Positions 63,201-64,000 of a stretch of 64,000 nucleotides of DNA are shown one piece after another. Origin of the DNA: a virus; the IMG/VR virus record IMGVR_UViG_3300043446_003158, positions 32,001 through 96,000 of that record, one strand, 5' to 3'. Below the pieces are notes generated by a model. It was not told the origin of the DNA and made no database searches. It saw only the letters and a program-made list of their open reading frames with translations. Both the position numbers and the translations under genes were made by a program. Each line of letters begins with the position of its first letter. Positions within the stretch are counted from its first letter, which is position 1.

Positions 63201-64000
63201 AATCTTCCTCCTCTGCTTGTTCTAGTTGAGAAATTAAATCTTCAAGAGACTGACGGGTTTCTTCAACCTCATCATTCTTCATGTCGTGTGTATTCTGATA
63301 ATAGCTGGTTTTCCAGCCGTACTTATATGTAGTCAATAGGTCCTGTGCCATTATTGAAGTAGGAACTTCATTATCTGGATAATTTTCTGGATTATAGGAC
63401 CAGTTTCCAGAAATCGCTTGATCGAAGAACTTTTGCATAACTGCAACAATATTAATATACCCACGATTGCTAGGCATATCCCACAGAAGCGTGTAATTGT
63501 TCTTAAGTGTTTGATACTGGGGAACAACTTGCTTAAGCGGTCCTTTCTTTGATTTTTTAATGGACAAGTACCCTCTAGGCGGTTCAATTCCGTTTGTGGC
63601 ATTTGACACAACGGAACTGCTCTCCGAAGGCATTTGTGCGGACAACGTGCTGTTCCGTACTCCATATTGCTTGACACGCTCACGAAGTGCTTCCCAATCA
63701 TACTTGAGTGTATTAGGTACAATTTCGTCTACATCTTTCTTGTAAGTATCTATAGGAAGAATACCATGTCCATATTTGGTTCTATGCGAATATTCACATG
63801 CACCTTTTTCTTGAGCAAGATCAACCGTTGCTTGAATTAGATAATATTGAAATGCTTCAGTAAGATCATGAACCAATTTCCAAGCACCAGAATCATCATA
63901 ATTTTGCCCATGTTTGGCAAGGTAGTGTGCTAAACCAATAAATCCTACTCCAAGCGAACGACGTGCTCTGGTGGCAATTTCTGCTGCTTTGACGGGGTAT
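63181..64000 (-). CDS. nrdA: Ribonucleotide reductase class Ia alpha subunit (C-terminal part; start lies outside the window)
   Basis: RRSLGVGFIGLA, RNSTLSAQMPSESSS..SNATNGIEP, DQAISGN, KTSYY, terminal CESC. Confidence 0.97.
   Translation of the reverse strand, partial: YPVKAAEIATRARRSLGVGFIGLAHYLAKHGQNYDDSGAWKLVHDLTEAFQYYLIQATVDLAQEKGACEYSHRTKYGHGILPIDTYKKDVDEIVPNTLKYDWEALRERVKQYGVRNSTLSAQMPSESSSVVSNATNGIEPPRGYLSIKKSKKGPLKQVVPQYQTLKNNYTLLWDMPSNRGYINIVAVMQKFFDQAISGNWSYNPENYPDNEVPTSIMAQDLLTTYKYGWKTSYYQNTHDMKNDEVEETRQSLEDLISQLEQAEEEDCESCKI

Noticed and set aside
62016-64000. Intein or intron in nrdA/nrdB
   Set aside because: Lengths and motifs are continuous in the visible parts.

Overview
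A 64-kb segment of an AT-rich, T4-like cyanobacterial myovirus (Kyanoviridae-like; a freshwater picocyanobacterial host is inferred, not shown). Nearly all genes are on the minus strand. Read in transcription order (right to left): nrdA (partial) and nrdB; a GIY-YIG-like gene; a mixed region with eight tRNAs, 2OG-Fe(II) oxygenases, Dps, an outer-membrane protein and a signal-peptide lysozyme; a 13-kb surface-glycan locus (gmd, fcl-like, ColD-like, GT11, two GT6, GT25s, glf); hli/petF/peroxiredoxin; two cell-wall hydrolases; a lone plus-strand four-gene envelope cluster; psbA-talC-zwf-gnd; a halogenase and an HNH gene. The segment ends in a 23-kb fibre locus: a 3,097-aa Gly-X-Gln collagen with an S74 chaperone, then three paralogous Gly-rich proteins. 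The last paralog is a >3,865-aa propeller-repeat ORF that the supplied ORF track misses because it runs off the window. The best candidates for undescribed systems are (1) the collagen fibre plus three-adhesin module, (2) the ABO-like/colitose glycan locus, (3) the plus-strand envelope quartet, and (4) several structured non-coding RNAs and terminator/promoter cassettes. All calls come from manual motif reading; no database search was run.
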